A stretch of 60,886 nucleotides of DNA, counting the filler, from Phoronis ovalis (Eukaryota), in assembly GCA_028565635.1 (NCBI GenBank). It is 5 parts of 5 records of this genome, joined end to end, with 100 filler letters (N's around TTAATTAATTAA, not from the genome) between each part and the next. Parts side by side here need not be neighbours in the genome. Positions count along the whole stretch, not along the records: positions 20,610 to 25,273 come from JAOXYB010000010.1; positions 25,374 to 32,634 come from JAOXYB010000012.1; positions 32,735 to 53,276 come from JAOXYB010000016.1; 2 more parts are not named here. One strand, given 5' to 3'. Below, piece by piece: positions 23,794-35,800 of this stretch (position 1 is its first letter; each line of letters begins with the position of its first letter). The notes under the pieces were generated by a model. It saw only the letters and a program-made list of their open reading frames with translations, ran no database searches and was not told the DNA's origin. Position numbers and translations under genes: made by a program.

Positions 23794-24464
23794 AACCTAC
23801 TTGTAACGGGCATATCCGTAAAGCTGTGAGAATTGGTTATTTAAAGATTAGTTAATATATGATTATTTTCAGACCAGTTCAACACATTTTTTCATTAAAA
23901 GTTCAACTATGAATGTGAACTTCATAGTTGAAAAATGAGAGATAGATATTATCAAACTCTCACGGGTTTTTAAAACTGGAACATTTTTATCTTTGTTCGT
24001 TGTTTTGGTTTTTTAAAGTTTTAAATTATTTCTATGCACCGAAATCATTAGGCGTTTTGAGATACATCAGCTTTTTAAATGCGGAATATAAAATAGTGCA
24101 TACATATTATGAATCGAACAACCTCAAATGCACAGAGGAATACAAACAAGGCCATATTCCAGGAGTTTTGTCACAAAGAAGACATCGATCGTGCACTATT
24201 TGAATTCGTACATAAATATCTCGGATAAACACTTTATTTATAAGCATTTATGCACCCAATAACAAATTTGACCAGGAATGTGCCTTCAAGAGGACTATAA
24301 CTGAATTAAATAAATGGCGTGCATGGGACTTGTGAACAAAAAGATTTCGATATAAGATATGCAATTATAAATTCAGTTTTACAGTGAATATTAATCAGTT
24401 CCAAAAAATAACATACTCGACACACGATAGACATAACTGAAAATAAACGCATTGGATAAAAAAG

Positions 24465-24505
24465 AAAAAAAACATGGAACGCTTCACGAATTTGCGTGTC
24501 TGCGC
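24465..24505 (-). pseudogene. U6 snRNA 3' fragment ending at GCGCA (5' two-thirds replaced by foreign sequence)
   Basis: Minus strand GCGCA-(AGGAT missing)-GACACGCAAATTCGTGAAGCGTTCCATGTTTTTTTT matches the U6 3' end. Confidence 0.9.
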
Positions 24506-25273
24506 CTCATATGAAGCGATCTTAGAGCCATTTTAGAACAGATTTAGAACGGCCGAGAGCCAATCATGGATCTTCATATTCGTCAAGGCGAACTTTTAGA
24601 ACATTAGCTACCAATCGCGTGAAACCTGTGTTCTAAATCTTTCAGCCAACAGCCAATCACAGGCCCTCTTTCATTTCCGTTCATGTTGACTGAATGTTTG
24701 AATACACAGAATACAGCTGATCGGCGGAAAGAAAGGCTTGATCCTTTTTGCCGCAAATAACACACTCAGGGTAAGTTAGTTTGCTATACATGTTAGGAGA
24801 GAAGTGAGAGCCAATTCCGCTTCTCTTCTATATTCATATTTTTGTCATCGGGCCCTATTTTCTGTGAACATTCATGGAAAACTAAGTGGCCGGCATTTGA
24901 TTAAATATGAACGTGACCTTTGCCTGGCCCTTGGATGTGTGATATTATAACCTGAAATGTTGTTTTTGAGCCCTCAGAGCACAACATGAGAGCTTCAGAA
25001 ATGATTCCCAATAGCCTTTCTTTACTCAGCCACTCGGCACTGGCACAGCTAGGGTAGTGCTTGGGCTCGGGGGGCGGGGACGGATCGATGAGTTCTCACT
25101 GAAAGGGGGGGCACACATTCAAAATTCTTACCAACGCAGTTTCTGGACAGTTGGGAAATCATGTAATTGAAACAATGCCAAGTGATGAAAAAGCCCAATG
25201 TTTGCATTGAAATGTTTATGTATCTTTTCTCAACAATACTATTTTATGGAATTTAGATGCCGGATAACCTAGA
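24506..25273. mobile_element. Candidate terminus of a U6-targeting (Dada-type) DNA transposon, cut off by an assembly gap
   Basis: Junction lies at the U6 GCGCA(A) site; near-palindrome CGCCTCATATGAAGCG (24503-24518); repeated TTTAGAAC motifs (24532, 24543, 24595, inverted 24630). No transposase visible. Confidence 0.55.
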
Positions 25274-25991
25274 NNNNNNNNNNNNNNNNNNNNNNNNNNN
25301 NNNNNNNNNNNNNNNNNTTAATTAATTAANNNNNNNNNNNNNNNNNNNNNNNNNNNNNNNNNNNNNNNNNNNNGGGGATATGAATAAGTTTGCTGTGACA
25401 ATGTATTTTGTGCGTAATTCATATGACAAACAAATAATACTTCGAAGAATAGGATTTTTAAAGACAGATTATTACAATTTCATTTGTTCCTATTTTGTGA
25501 TATAGGCACTACTTGTACCAAGTCAAAAAACTACAGATTTCCCATTGTTTGTGCTTCACATGTAACTACACTACCGTAAACGTTTTACGCATAACAGGAT
25601 TTTACATCATTTTTAAATTTCTGCAGTCAAAATTAAGTTACCATTTAGTTAACGAATCTTTTACTTTGTTACCATAGTTTATATCCTGTTTTATGTAGAG
25701 ATTAAGGAGTTAACGTATTTAGTTAACGAATCTTTTACTTTGTTAACGTAGCTCCTACAACCTATAAACCTTGAATCCATAACTCATAGTGGAAAAACGT
25801 CCATTGTTTTATTGTAAGTTTAACTTTAAATTTGAACTGTTTTCGTCTTATAGATTTTAGCTTTAAGCATATAGCCTAGCTTTATTCGTCGCAATTCTAC
25901 AAGCTAGCAGTAGCAAGCCTGGTATTCGCGCGGATATGCGTGTAAGCGAGTAAGGTTAAACGTGTTTATGGTGATTTTTTTATTGTAGATA

Positions 25992-28111
25992 ATGGCGTGT
26001 TCCAAAATTCTTAAAAAACGTGATATAAAGGGTCATTTCACATGGAGATTTCTCAAAAATTTGGACCAAAAATATCATGAGGAATTGCAAGGTTTCAATT
26101 TTTATTGTCATTTATGCATTTATGGTCGATCCACCGTCTTGATCGGCGAGTGAACCCAAATATGGTTTTGTAAATTGAACTGACGTATTTGCCGCGAGCT
26201 TGCGTAATTTTGTAAACTGAAAAAAGCAGGGATTGTTCAGGTTCATGTAGGAATCATGACGATGCCTCATGCAGTTAAAAGTTTATTTATCGTGTAACCT
26301 AATTAGTTCTTCTCGGAGGCAACTTAGGTTTGCTTGAGAAGCATTGCAAATTTTTGGAATAAAACTGGCATGTGCATAAATTCGATCTTATGAAATGTTA
26401 ACAGTCTTAACATGATTACGGAGCTGTTGGGTATTCAATATTCAGTATTAAGGTGTATAACAATTAAACGTATTTGCATCATTTCTCTATTTTATTTCTC
26501 AGACTGTCTTAAAAGAAATTTCGAAGATGAGCCGCATGCCCGCCGTCACGCCATAATGAACCTGCTTGGCTTTGTTCACTGTTGTTTACACGACACGTCG
26601 AAAGGCATTAAGCTATTTCAACAAGTTATGCACGAAGACGAAACCGATTCGAATGCCGTCTGCAATCTTGTTCATGCGTATGACGGCATAAGTATGCAGA
26701 AAGAAAAAGAAAAAAATGAACAATTGTTTAAGAGCATTATGGCAAAACCAGACATCGAAGTGAACATTGTCTTGGCTCGGGCTCTAATCGAAGAAGTTGT
26801 AGCCGCTTGCTTCACTGATCAGCATAAGAAGCAAGCTGATTTTGAATTCGCAAAAAATATGTTTGATGAAGGAATGGAACTTGGTAATAAATACAGAATA
26901 AAGACAGACGAATTATTACATTGGAAATTTGGACTAGCCTTTCATTTGAGTCGTCTAGATAATCGAGTCCGCCTGCATGGCGATATCACTAATAATAAAT
27001 ATTGCAGAGACAGTATGAAACTGTTCTACGAGGTCACATTGTTTGCGCAAGAATTTGATAACATGACACAAATGGGTGTAACTGAACTGTGTGGGAAAGC
27101 ATGGGCATTCTTGGGCGTAATATTAAACTTACACAAGAATGAGTTTGCAAACCTAAATTCGGTTTTTGTTGGATGTCGGAAAGAACACGCAGAGTTTGAC
27201 GGTAACCGATGCCTGGATAAAGCGCTAGACTTCGCACCCAAATGTGCTTGTGTTCTTAGACATGTTTGCCATAGGTTCCACGAATTAAAACAATACCAGA
27301 TGGCACTGCACTGAACTATGGATTAAGGGCAATACAAGTTCAACAAACGGGGTATGCTTATTATCTAGTAGGGAAAGTATATCTATCAATGCATCAAGAT
27401 GGGACTGCAGATCTAAACTGCAAGGACAACGATTGGCTCGATCTTGCTATATGGTACTTTGAGAAAACTATCTCTAGACACTTTAAACTTTCTTATGCTA
27501 TCTGTAATCTAGCTACGGCCTATCTTCTGAAAGGGGATGAATTAGCAGCTTTAGAGAAGTTTAACATGGCAGCAGAGGTTACGGGAGGTTCAGGTGATTA
27601 CCATTTATATCTGCAGTGGGCACAGTATTTAGATGAGCTTGGGGAACACGATCGCGCAAACAGTAAACGAGAACATGCACAAAAAATTATAAGTCATGCT
27701 GTACCAGCAAAATATGATTTTGTTGCGTTTTATTCTTCAAAGGACACTGATGTTCCAGAAATTATTGAATCAATTGAACAACGACTCAGAATAAAAGGAT
27801 ACATGTTTGTACGTGACTGTTTGCCCGGTACCAAAATCCCTGATGAGACGGAAAATCTTACTGATAACAATTCATGTTTTCTCCTATTTGTCAGTAAGAA
27901 TTCTGTTGCCAGTATTCCATTCCAGAATGAAGTTACCTTTGTTACAAAAGAAAGTCAAAGCAATTCGCAAATCATTCCTATTTTACTCGATTTGGAAGTG
28001 GAACACTTGCCGTATGCTCTTATCAACCTGGCTAGCATGCACGCTATTAAATACAACAGCAGATATGTTTGGGATAAATTAAGTGCAGTTTTCAAAGCAA
28101 GCAGTGTGTAA
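25992..28111 (+). pseudogene. IFIT/TTC22-like TPR protein fused to a C-terminal TIR domain; one frameshift
   Basis: Exon 1 25992-26091 (MACSKILKKRDIKGHFTWRFL...) joins exon 2 at 26503 through a phase-1 GT-AG intron (RHAIMNLLGFVH...NAVCNLVHAY). TPR-like helices follow, then TIR motifs KYDFVAFYSSKD, RDCLPG, LLFVSKN, QNEV, IIPILL. A GCACT duplication at 27303-27312 shifts the frame. Confidence 0.82.
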
Positions 28112-29070
28112 CACATGCGGAAAACTGAAGCTTACCGATCCGTGCCACAAATTGTCCTTTTGTTTTCAACGGCTAAATNNNNNNNNNNNNNNNNNNNNNN
28201 NNNNNNNNNNNNNNNNNNNNNNNNNNNNNNNNNNNNNNNNNNNNNNNNNNNNNNNNNNNNNNNNNNNNNNNNNNNNNNTTACTATATTCTTGTCAAAATT
28301 TGCGTTCACTTACCGCTGTGATAAGCCATGTTAATCACATATTATCGCCCTTATTCAATGAAAAAGTCAGCTAATTTTGTTAATAGGCAAATTATGATAT
28401 AAGGAAATAAAGATGATTGTTATCGCCATTTTGTGAATTTCTCACATTAGTACGTGACGTCACCCCGGTGGCCCATTCTGAATGCATCTTTGGTGGTCCA
28501 AACTCTAGGTGCTGCTTCTTTAACTTTATCTGTAATTGTAGCTAACTTTCTTTTAGTATATGCTGAAGCACTTGTTTTACATCTAAGATTTTACAACGTC
28601 GCCCCCTTGTGATGGAATGCATAATTTGGAGAGCAGTAAAATAAGAAATTACAACATATTTTTGGTTTATTTTTTTTTACTCGAAATAAGAATGACTATA
28701 TCACCTCATCTTATGATTTAACTTATAGAAATAGATTTTCTACTTAAAAGATGTTCAAAAATTCAGTTTGTATCCTTAAGTGATGTTCAGTTAGATAAAG
28801 ATTCTTACATTCTGGGGTTTTCATTTTAAGATAATCTTACATGAAGTAAGCGGAAGCATATACATTTTACTTTTTTCTGAAAGTGTACGGAAGCGCTGAA
28901 ATATCAGTTAAGGAATATGCCCGAATTTTACCATCATCAAAAAAAGAGATTTTCTTGTGCGCTGTAGAAAAGCAGAAGTACTGTTTCTAATGTTAATAGT
29001 GTAACATTATTCAAAACTTTCCTTATGTTGTTATAGTGATTCTAACATTTCTTCTTAACTTAATGTCCTG

Positions 29071-29111
29071 TATATTACCTGTATATTACCTGTATATTAC
29101 CTGTATATTAC
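29071..29111. repeat. Short 11-bp tandem repeat (TGTATATTACC) x ~4
   Basis: Direct reading. Confidence 0.85.
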
Positions 29112-29510
29112 ATTTATATGTCATTTTAAACTGTAAATTATATGTTATACTAAAAGTCATGCAGCAACTGTACTTGAAAACTATCGCTACTTTAGAACAA
29201 TTCATCCCAGTTTTCATTAACTGTAATAGATAAACTTTTCAAGAAAGTCAAGAATTACTGTCACTGACATCTAAATGATCCCCGGATAACATCTAAATCA
29301 TGTTTCAAATGTTTAGAATCAAAACTTTAATCATTCTGACCTCAAAATGACATCATGACCTTTTATAAGTATGCAAGTATTAAGTATTGCAAACCACTGC
29401 AGTATTTATANNNNNNNNNNNNNNNNNNNNNNNNNNNNNNNNNNNNNNNNNNNNNNNNNNNNNNNNNNNNNNNNNNNNNNNNNNNNNNNNNNNNNNNNNN
29501 NNNNNNNNNN

Positions 29511-32500
29511 TAAAATGCCCCTCACGGCGTGCGTCTCCAACAGCCTCTGACAACTAAGTCCAGCTCCTAGCCTGCTCGTGTGGCTTAGATATAAGCCCGG
29601 CGGAACTGCTACTACTGATAGGAGAAGGGGTGAAGGCGTGTTACCTGGCGCCTGAAAACTAGTGCTTTGGGCAGATGGGGCTCATCAGTCTGGGAAGACA
29701 GCTCATCTAAGAGAAGGAAAACTCTGATTTCAAACCTCCGCTGCCTTGCGGCCATACTTATTCATAGGAAATGCTTCGGGATTCAACCCTGAGGAAAATA
29801 CGGAGTCGGAGTCCCCAAGGCAGTCCGAGGCTGTATACAGCAACGTTCTGGCAACTCCTGCGACCGCACTAGAACCATGTGTATCGGCGCACCTTTCCAG
29901 TGGAACATTCCAGCGACGTGGAGGGGAGGGTCTGCTGCATGGGTAACAGCTTGCCCTCCATACTTAATTACCCAGGCTTTGTGCTCTGGAGAGGACACTC
30001 CAGCTTCGCTTTGCAGCATCGACAAAACACGGGAAGTAGCAGTCTACCGGTTATAAGTCTGTATACTCAATTGGCGTAGAGTCAGACGCCAGGGGCTGCT
30101 TCCGACGGTGGGAGAGGTCATCGCATCTCACTGGGTAGCTACCGCCCGCCTTAAGCTGGGCAGCCCCCAGCCTTTAAGGTGCTGCTCCGCCACGGTCTGT
30201 TAGCCTCACTGGGTGCGTGGGGCTTAGGGTGAAAACCGACAAGCGGATCGACAACTGTGCACCAAGCAACAAAAAAATGAAAACTCCCGCCCTGAAATTG
30301 GGCACATGGAACGTAAGGACAATGACACCAGGCTTTTCAGACGACCTGCATGAAATAAATGATGCTCGCAAGACAGCTGTTATCGACAGAGAACTGAGCA
30401 GACTGCAGATGGACATCGTCACCCTTCAAGAAACCACGCTCCCAGAAACAGGATCTGTGAGGGAGAGAGACTTCGCTCTGTTCTGGCAGGGCAAACCCTC
30501 AGACGAGGTCAGAGAACACGGCGTGGGATTCGCAGTTAGAAACAGCTTATTGGGGTCCATAAACCCACCAACAGAGCGAATCCTGTCTCTCCGACTCCAA
30601 ACATCCTCAGGTCCAGTCAGTCTAATCAGTGCCTACGCACCAACTTTGGTATCCAAAGCAGAAGCAAAAGATAAGTTTTATGACGACCTCAGTGCTACTA
30701 TAAGGAGAATTCCCGACAAAGAACTACTGTTTATCGCCGGCGATTTCAATGCCAGAGTGGGTGTCGATCACAACTCCTGGCCCACCTGCTTGGGTCAGTT
30801 TGGCACTGGGAAAATAAACGAGAATGGCCAGCGCCTGCTAGAGCTCTGCTGTCAGCATGGGTTGTGCGTCAGCAACACCTTCTTCAACACGAAGCCTCAG
30901 CACCGAGTCTCCTGGAGACACCCGCGATCCAAACAGCTCGACCTGATCCTCACCAGACGTGCCAACCTTTCCAGCATCAAGATCACTCGCCGCTACCAGA
31001 GCGCCGATTGTGACACTGACCACTCTTTGGTGTGCAGCAATGTGAAGCTCCGTGCGAAGAGACTGCACCGTACGAGAAAGGAGGGCAGACCTCGCATCGA
31101 CACCAGCAAAACACGCGATCAAGGAAAAGTGGAGGAGTTTGCGCTTATATTGGAGGATTCTCTCCCTGGTCCACCCACTGCAAATGCCCAAGAACGATGG
31201 GAACACTTCAGAGATGTTGACTACAATGCCGCCATGTCCACCTTTGGCAAAAATACCAGCAAGTCAGCTGATTGGTTCGTAGCCCACTCAGAAGAAATTA
31301 CACCAGTCATCGAGGCCAAGAGAAATGCCTTGATAGCATACAAAACCAATCCCAGTGAGCAGAACCTCCAGGTTCTCCGTGCTGCTCGCAGTAAAGTCCA
31401 GCAGTGTGCCAGGCAATGCGCCAACGACTATTGGCTTCAGCTCTGCTCCCAGATTCAGATCGCAGCTGACACAGGCAACATCAAGGTGATGTATGACGGC
31501 ATCAAGCAGGCATTGGGCCCAACGCAAAAGAATACTGCCCCTTTGAAATCAGCTACAGGGGAAGTGATTCAAGACAGAGAACAACAGATGGAGCGCTGGG
31601 TAGAACGCTACACTGAGCTATATGCAAGGGAAAATGTAGTCACAGAAGATGCTCTGAATGCCATAGAGTGTCTGCCAGAGCTGGAGGAGCTTGACAGAGA
31701 AGCAACCATAGACAAACTCAGCGAAGCCCTGGACTCTCTTGCCTCTGGCAAGGCACCAGGAAAAGACGGTATTCCCGCCAAAGTACTGAAGTGCTGCAAA
31801 GAGACACTCATCACCAAGTTGCATGGAATCCTCTGCCTCTGTTGTAGTGAAGGCGAAGTACCACAAGACATGAGGGATGCTAACGTCGTCACACTGTGCA
31901 AAAACAAAGGTGACAGAAGCGATTGCAATAATTATCGCGGCATATCCCTCCTCAGCATCATTGGGAAAGTCTTTACACGAGTAGTACTGAAGAGGCTCCA
32001 AGTACTTGCAGAGCATGTCTATCCAGTGCGGTTTCCGTGCCAACAGATCCACTATAGACATGATCTTCTCCCTGAAACAACTTCAGGAGAAATGCAGGGA
32101 GCAAAGGCAGCCACTCTTCGTTGCCTTCACAGACCTCACTAAGGCTTTCGATCTGGTCAGTAGGGATGGCCTCTTCAAGATCCTCCCCAAGATTGGATGT
32201 CCACCCAAACTTCTCAGCTTCATCAGATCCTTCCACGAAGACACGAAAGGCACCGTTGTCTTTGATGGTTCAACATCAGCTGCATTCAACATACGGAGCG
32301 GAGTGAAACAGGGTTGCGTCCTGGCTACCACCTTGTTTGGAATATTCTTTGCTGTGATGCTGAAACACGCATTTGGTCCTGCAACTGAAGGTATCTACCT
32401 CCGAACCAGGTCAGACGGGAAGCTCTTCAACCTCTCCAGACTAAGAGCCAAGACTAAAATCCAGCTGAGGTGCCTGCGTGACTTCCTCTTGCAGACGATG

Positions 32501-32634
32501 CAACAGTAACCGCCCACTCAGCCGAGGACCTACAGCAGCTCATGACTCGCTTCAGCGATGCCTGCCAAGACTTCGGGCTTACCATTAGCTTGAAGAAAAC
32601 ACAAGTCATGGGACAGGATGTTGATTCTCCTCCA
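29511..32634 (+). mobile_element. RTE-clade non-LTR retrotransposon (5' UTR, AP endonuclease, reverse transcriptase), lightly mutated, bounded by gaps
   Basis: LGTWNVRT, LQET, GVGFAV, SAYAPT, GDFNARVG, DTDH (APE); GKAPGKDGIP, NYRGISLL, QCGFR, DLTKAFD, GVKQGCVL and FADD (RT). Frameshifts at ~32025 and ~32490. GC-rich ~700-nt 5' UTR containing gagaaggaaaactctgatttcaaacc. Confidence 0.95.
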
Positions 32635-32880
32635 NNNNNNNNNNNNNNNNNNNNNNNNNNNNNNNNNNNNNNNNNNNNTTAATTAATTAANNNNNNNNNN
32701 NNNNNNNNNNNNNNNNNNNNNNNNNNNNNNNNNNTGACATAGATGGCTTTACAACTAAAGAAACTACATCATATGATGGGCATCTGTCTGCACCTGCAGA
32801 CCTCTTGTTTTGTAAATGGCATGTTTGTTAGTTGTATACAATAAACTGATAAATATATTTATATTCATGTTCTGCTTCAG

Positions 32881-35800
32881 TAATAAACCAAACCCTGCAG
32901 CCATTAGTAATAAGCTAATTGGGGAAATGCCTGGCAGAGCTTGTGAAAGTTGTTATGGTAGGTTTCAACCTTGAAGATTTCAAAGTTACTGTATAGAATC
33001 TACAAAAGTCAAGATTTTTGTATAATGTTTTGAATGTTCAGAAGTGTATCAGCTTTATGATTTCATAGTGGAGAGATCCTAGTGCACTTTATTTTACACC
33101 ATGACATGCATAATTTATCAAGGAAAGTTCAAACTCAGTTCAACAATTTTTAGACCAATATTGAAAATAGTGAAAACACAAGGATATTGTCAGAATATAA
33201 CATTTCAGCTGCCAGCTCACCTCAGTGGTATGCTTGGGGACCTGTTCATATGCAATGTCGTCTGTGCTCTGCTTGCTGGAATTACTGGAAAAAAGCTGGT
33301 GGACTTAAGATGCCAACTAGGCTAGGTGACATGCTCATTACTTGTGCTTTTATTACTTACTACAGTTAAAATATGTTAAATGTAAAGAGCCAACCCCATT
33401 CTGCACCTTTCTGTTATAAATTCTTGTTGTTTGTAAAATACAAATCCTCAAAACATTAAATAAGTGTACTGGACTGACACCTGTGCTTGCTAAACTCAAC
33501 AAGTTTTTAAGAATTAAAATTCAGAATTTAATTATAAGCGTGTAATAAAAAAAAATTGTAACTCCACACTGGCACATCTTTCTTTGGAGGGCTTCTTTAT
33601 TAATGATTTAACTGTACTTTTGTTTTAATTACTTACATTCTTGGCTTCCTTTTGTAAGGCCAACATTTAATCTTCATATCATGTATATATTTTGTAGACG
33701 GTGAACGTCCAGCTCCTAATCAAAGAACAGGTAACTACTTTTATATGCTCTATGAATACCCGATTTTGCTAGTTGTACTAAACTTTTAGAAACCATGTTT
33801 TGTTGGTTAAAAATGGAGCTGATTTACAATTCTGATTCTCGTATGTTTATGAACTATTCCAGGACTTTCGTGGAAGTCTAGTGATATTACATTGTTGTCT
33901 TTTACATTTTTATAATTTTTCTGTGTCAGATGTTTAAGACTGGAGCATTTATAATGGTTCGGTCTCTTGTGTATCAACTTCCACCGTAAATATAACACAT
34001 GTTGTTTTACAGAACGTATTCAAATGCAACAGACCATGCGTACACACAAGTGTACGATTGCTGGATGCGGAAAAGTGAGTATTCATGAAGTAGTCATTAT
34101 AATGTAGAAGCATTATTTGTTAGCTTTATGTTCATTGTTCTGTGGTCAAATATCAGTTCTCAACATCATCCAACTATTTTGTATTATTCTTGTTATTATT
34201 GTTGTAATACTTGATGTATTTTTCGTAGGAGTTCAAGCTCAAGACTCATTTAGCTCGTCATCTTGCCACGGCCCACAATTTAACTATTCGTTCAGGGAGC
34301 CCACGTCCAGTGATGAAGACTAGAGCCGCTTTTTGTTTGATAACGACTCCTCTTACACGAATCTCCCGTCTCATATGCGCCGATATACTTAAACCAAAAA
34401 GAGCTGCGAGAAACCCTACGACGCCAATAAATATTGCTACTATTAAACAAGAATGTAAGTGTTGAGAGAAACATTGGCTCAAAGCCTGTAACATCTACAA
34501 TATTATTGATGGCACTTTTTGTTCAAATGAGTCAAACAAATAAGTTACTATTAATATGTTCTGTTGTTAAGAAGAGATGTTTGTAAAACTTATAATAATA
34601 TGTTCTTAAGACGGAACTTGCATTGCTAACAATCCATTTCAAAGTTAAATGAAAATGCAAATATACAGCTGGTCAACCCTGGAAATGGAAAGAAATATCA
34701 GATCAGTGGGGTGTATTAATGTCTCGGAGAGTGTATGAGATTTTGTATTCCTTTGCAGTTTGAAATGCTTTAGATAAAGTCTTTGTATATTGTTACCTAG
34801 GTCAAGCTCGTCTCCCCGATGTTTTGGGCAAGCTGCCGAAACTAAAACCACACAAGAAAGAATTTATGGAAACAGTTTCTGAAAAGCTGGGTATAGATAC
34901 ATCACAAGAGAAACCAGCGTGTCTGAGACGGACTGAACGACCAAAAACACCCCAAAATTTAGCCTACCCAGCCCTAACGTTGGAGGAAAGTAAGTTTACT
35001 GTTGTGTGTAAATGTAACATTAAAATACTTTCAACAGACTACAGTAATATCAGAAATATATAGTCACCTGCTGTTTTGAGTTGTTACTAGTACTCAAACA
35101 TTTAAACTATTCTTTTTGAAAATTAATTTCCTTCTAGTCTTGATGAATTTGTACTGGACAAGAATCAATGAGTACAAAGGTTAAACTTTTAGTGGACCAA
35201 AATAATAAAGTTTTTACTAAATTTTAGTTCAAGAATGCTGAAAAATGTCAATACTTATATATTATGTCTATTAGTGATTGTATATGTATATTGTGCTCTT
35301 CGATGATAAATAGAAATGCTGTTGTACACGTCACTAGGTTCTGTCTCTCAAATTGAAAATTTGCACGGCCATATTTGCTGAATATTTTTAGTTACTGATC
35401 GACGAGAAAAATTAGACGAAGCCCAGAGACAAGCAGAAATGAATCGAACATCGTCATCAATTATGAGAAAACGTCCATTTGAACAAACAAACGGAAATGG
35501 CATAGATGGTATGTTCTACTGCTTTTCTGTTTTTTTGTCATGTTATGTTCTGTTATCTCACTCACCTGTAATGCTCTCAGTAAGTTAATCTTGTATATCA
35601 TCTTGGTCTTTAATGTTCTTTAAAGATAAATACATGGAAAAGCTCTTTGTTTGTTGACAAACCTACTGTCATGTTATGCCACAATGATAATGCTGAGGAA
35701 ATGTTTTGTCCAGCATCTCTGAGGTGCCTTATATTGTATGATATCCGTTAAAATGTCTTTTCGGGTGCATCTGTCCTCATACAAGATTCTCTCCATGATT

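Noticed and set aside
25643..25746. 29-bp direct repeat atttagttaacgaatcttttactttgtta
   Set aside because: A simple local duplication with no element structure between the copies.
30838..32331. Several antisense and alternative-frame ORFs over the RTE element
   Set aside because: Shadows of the GC-rich RTE coding sequence with no independent motifs.
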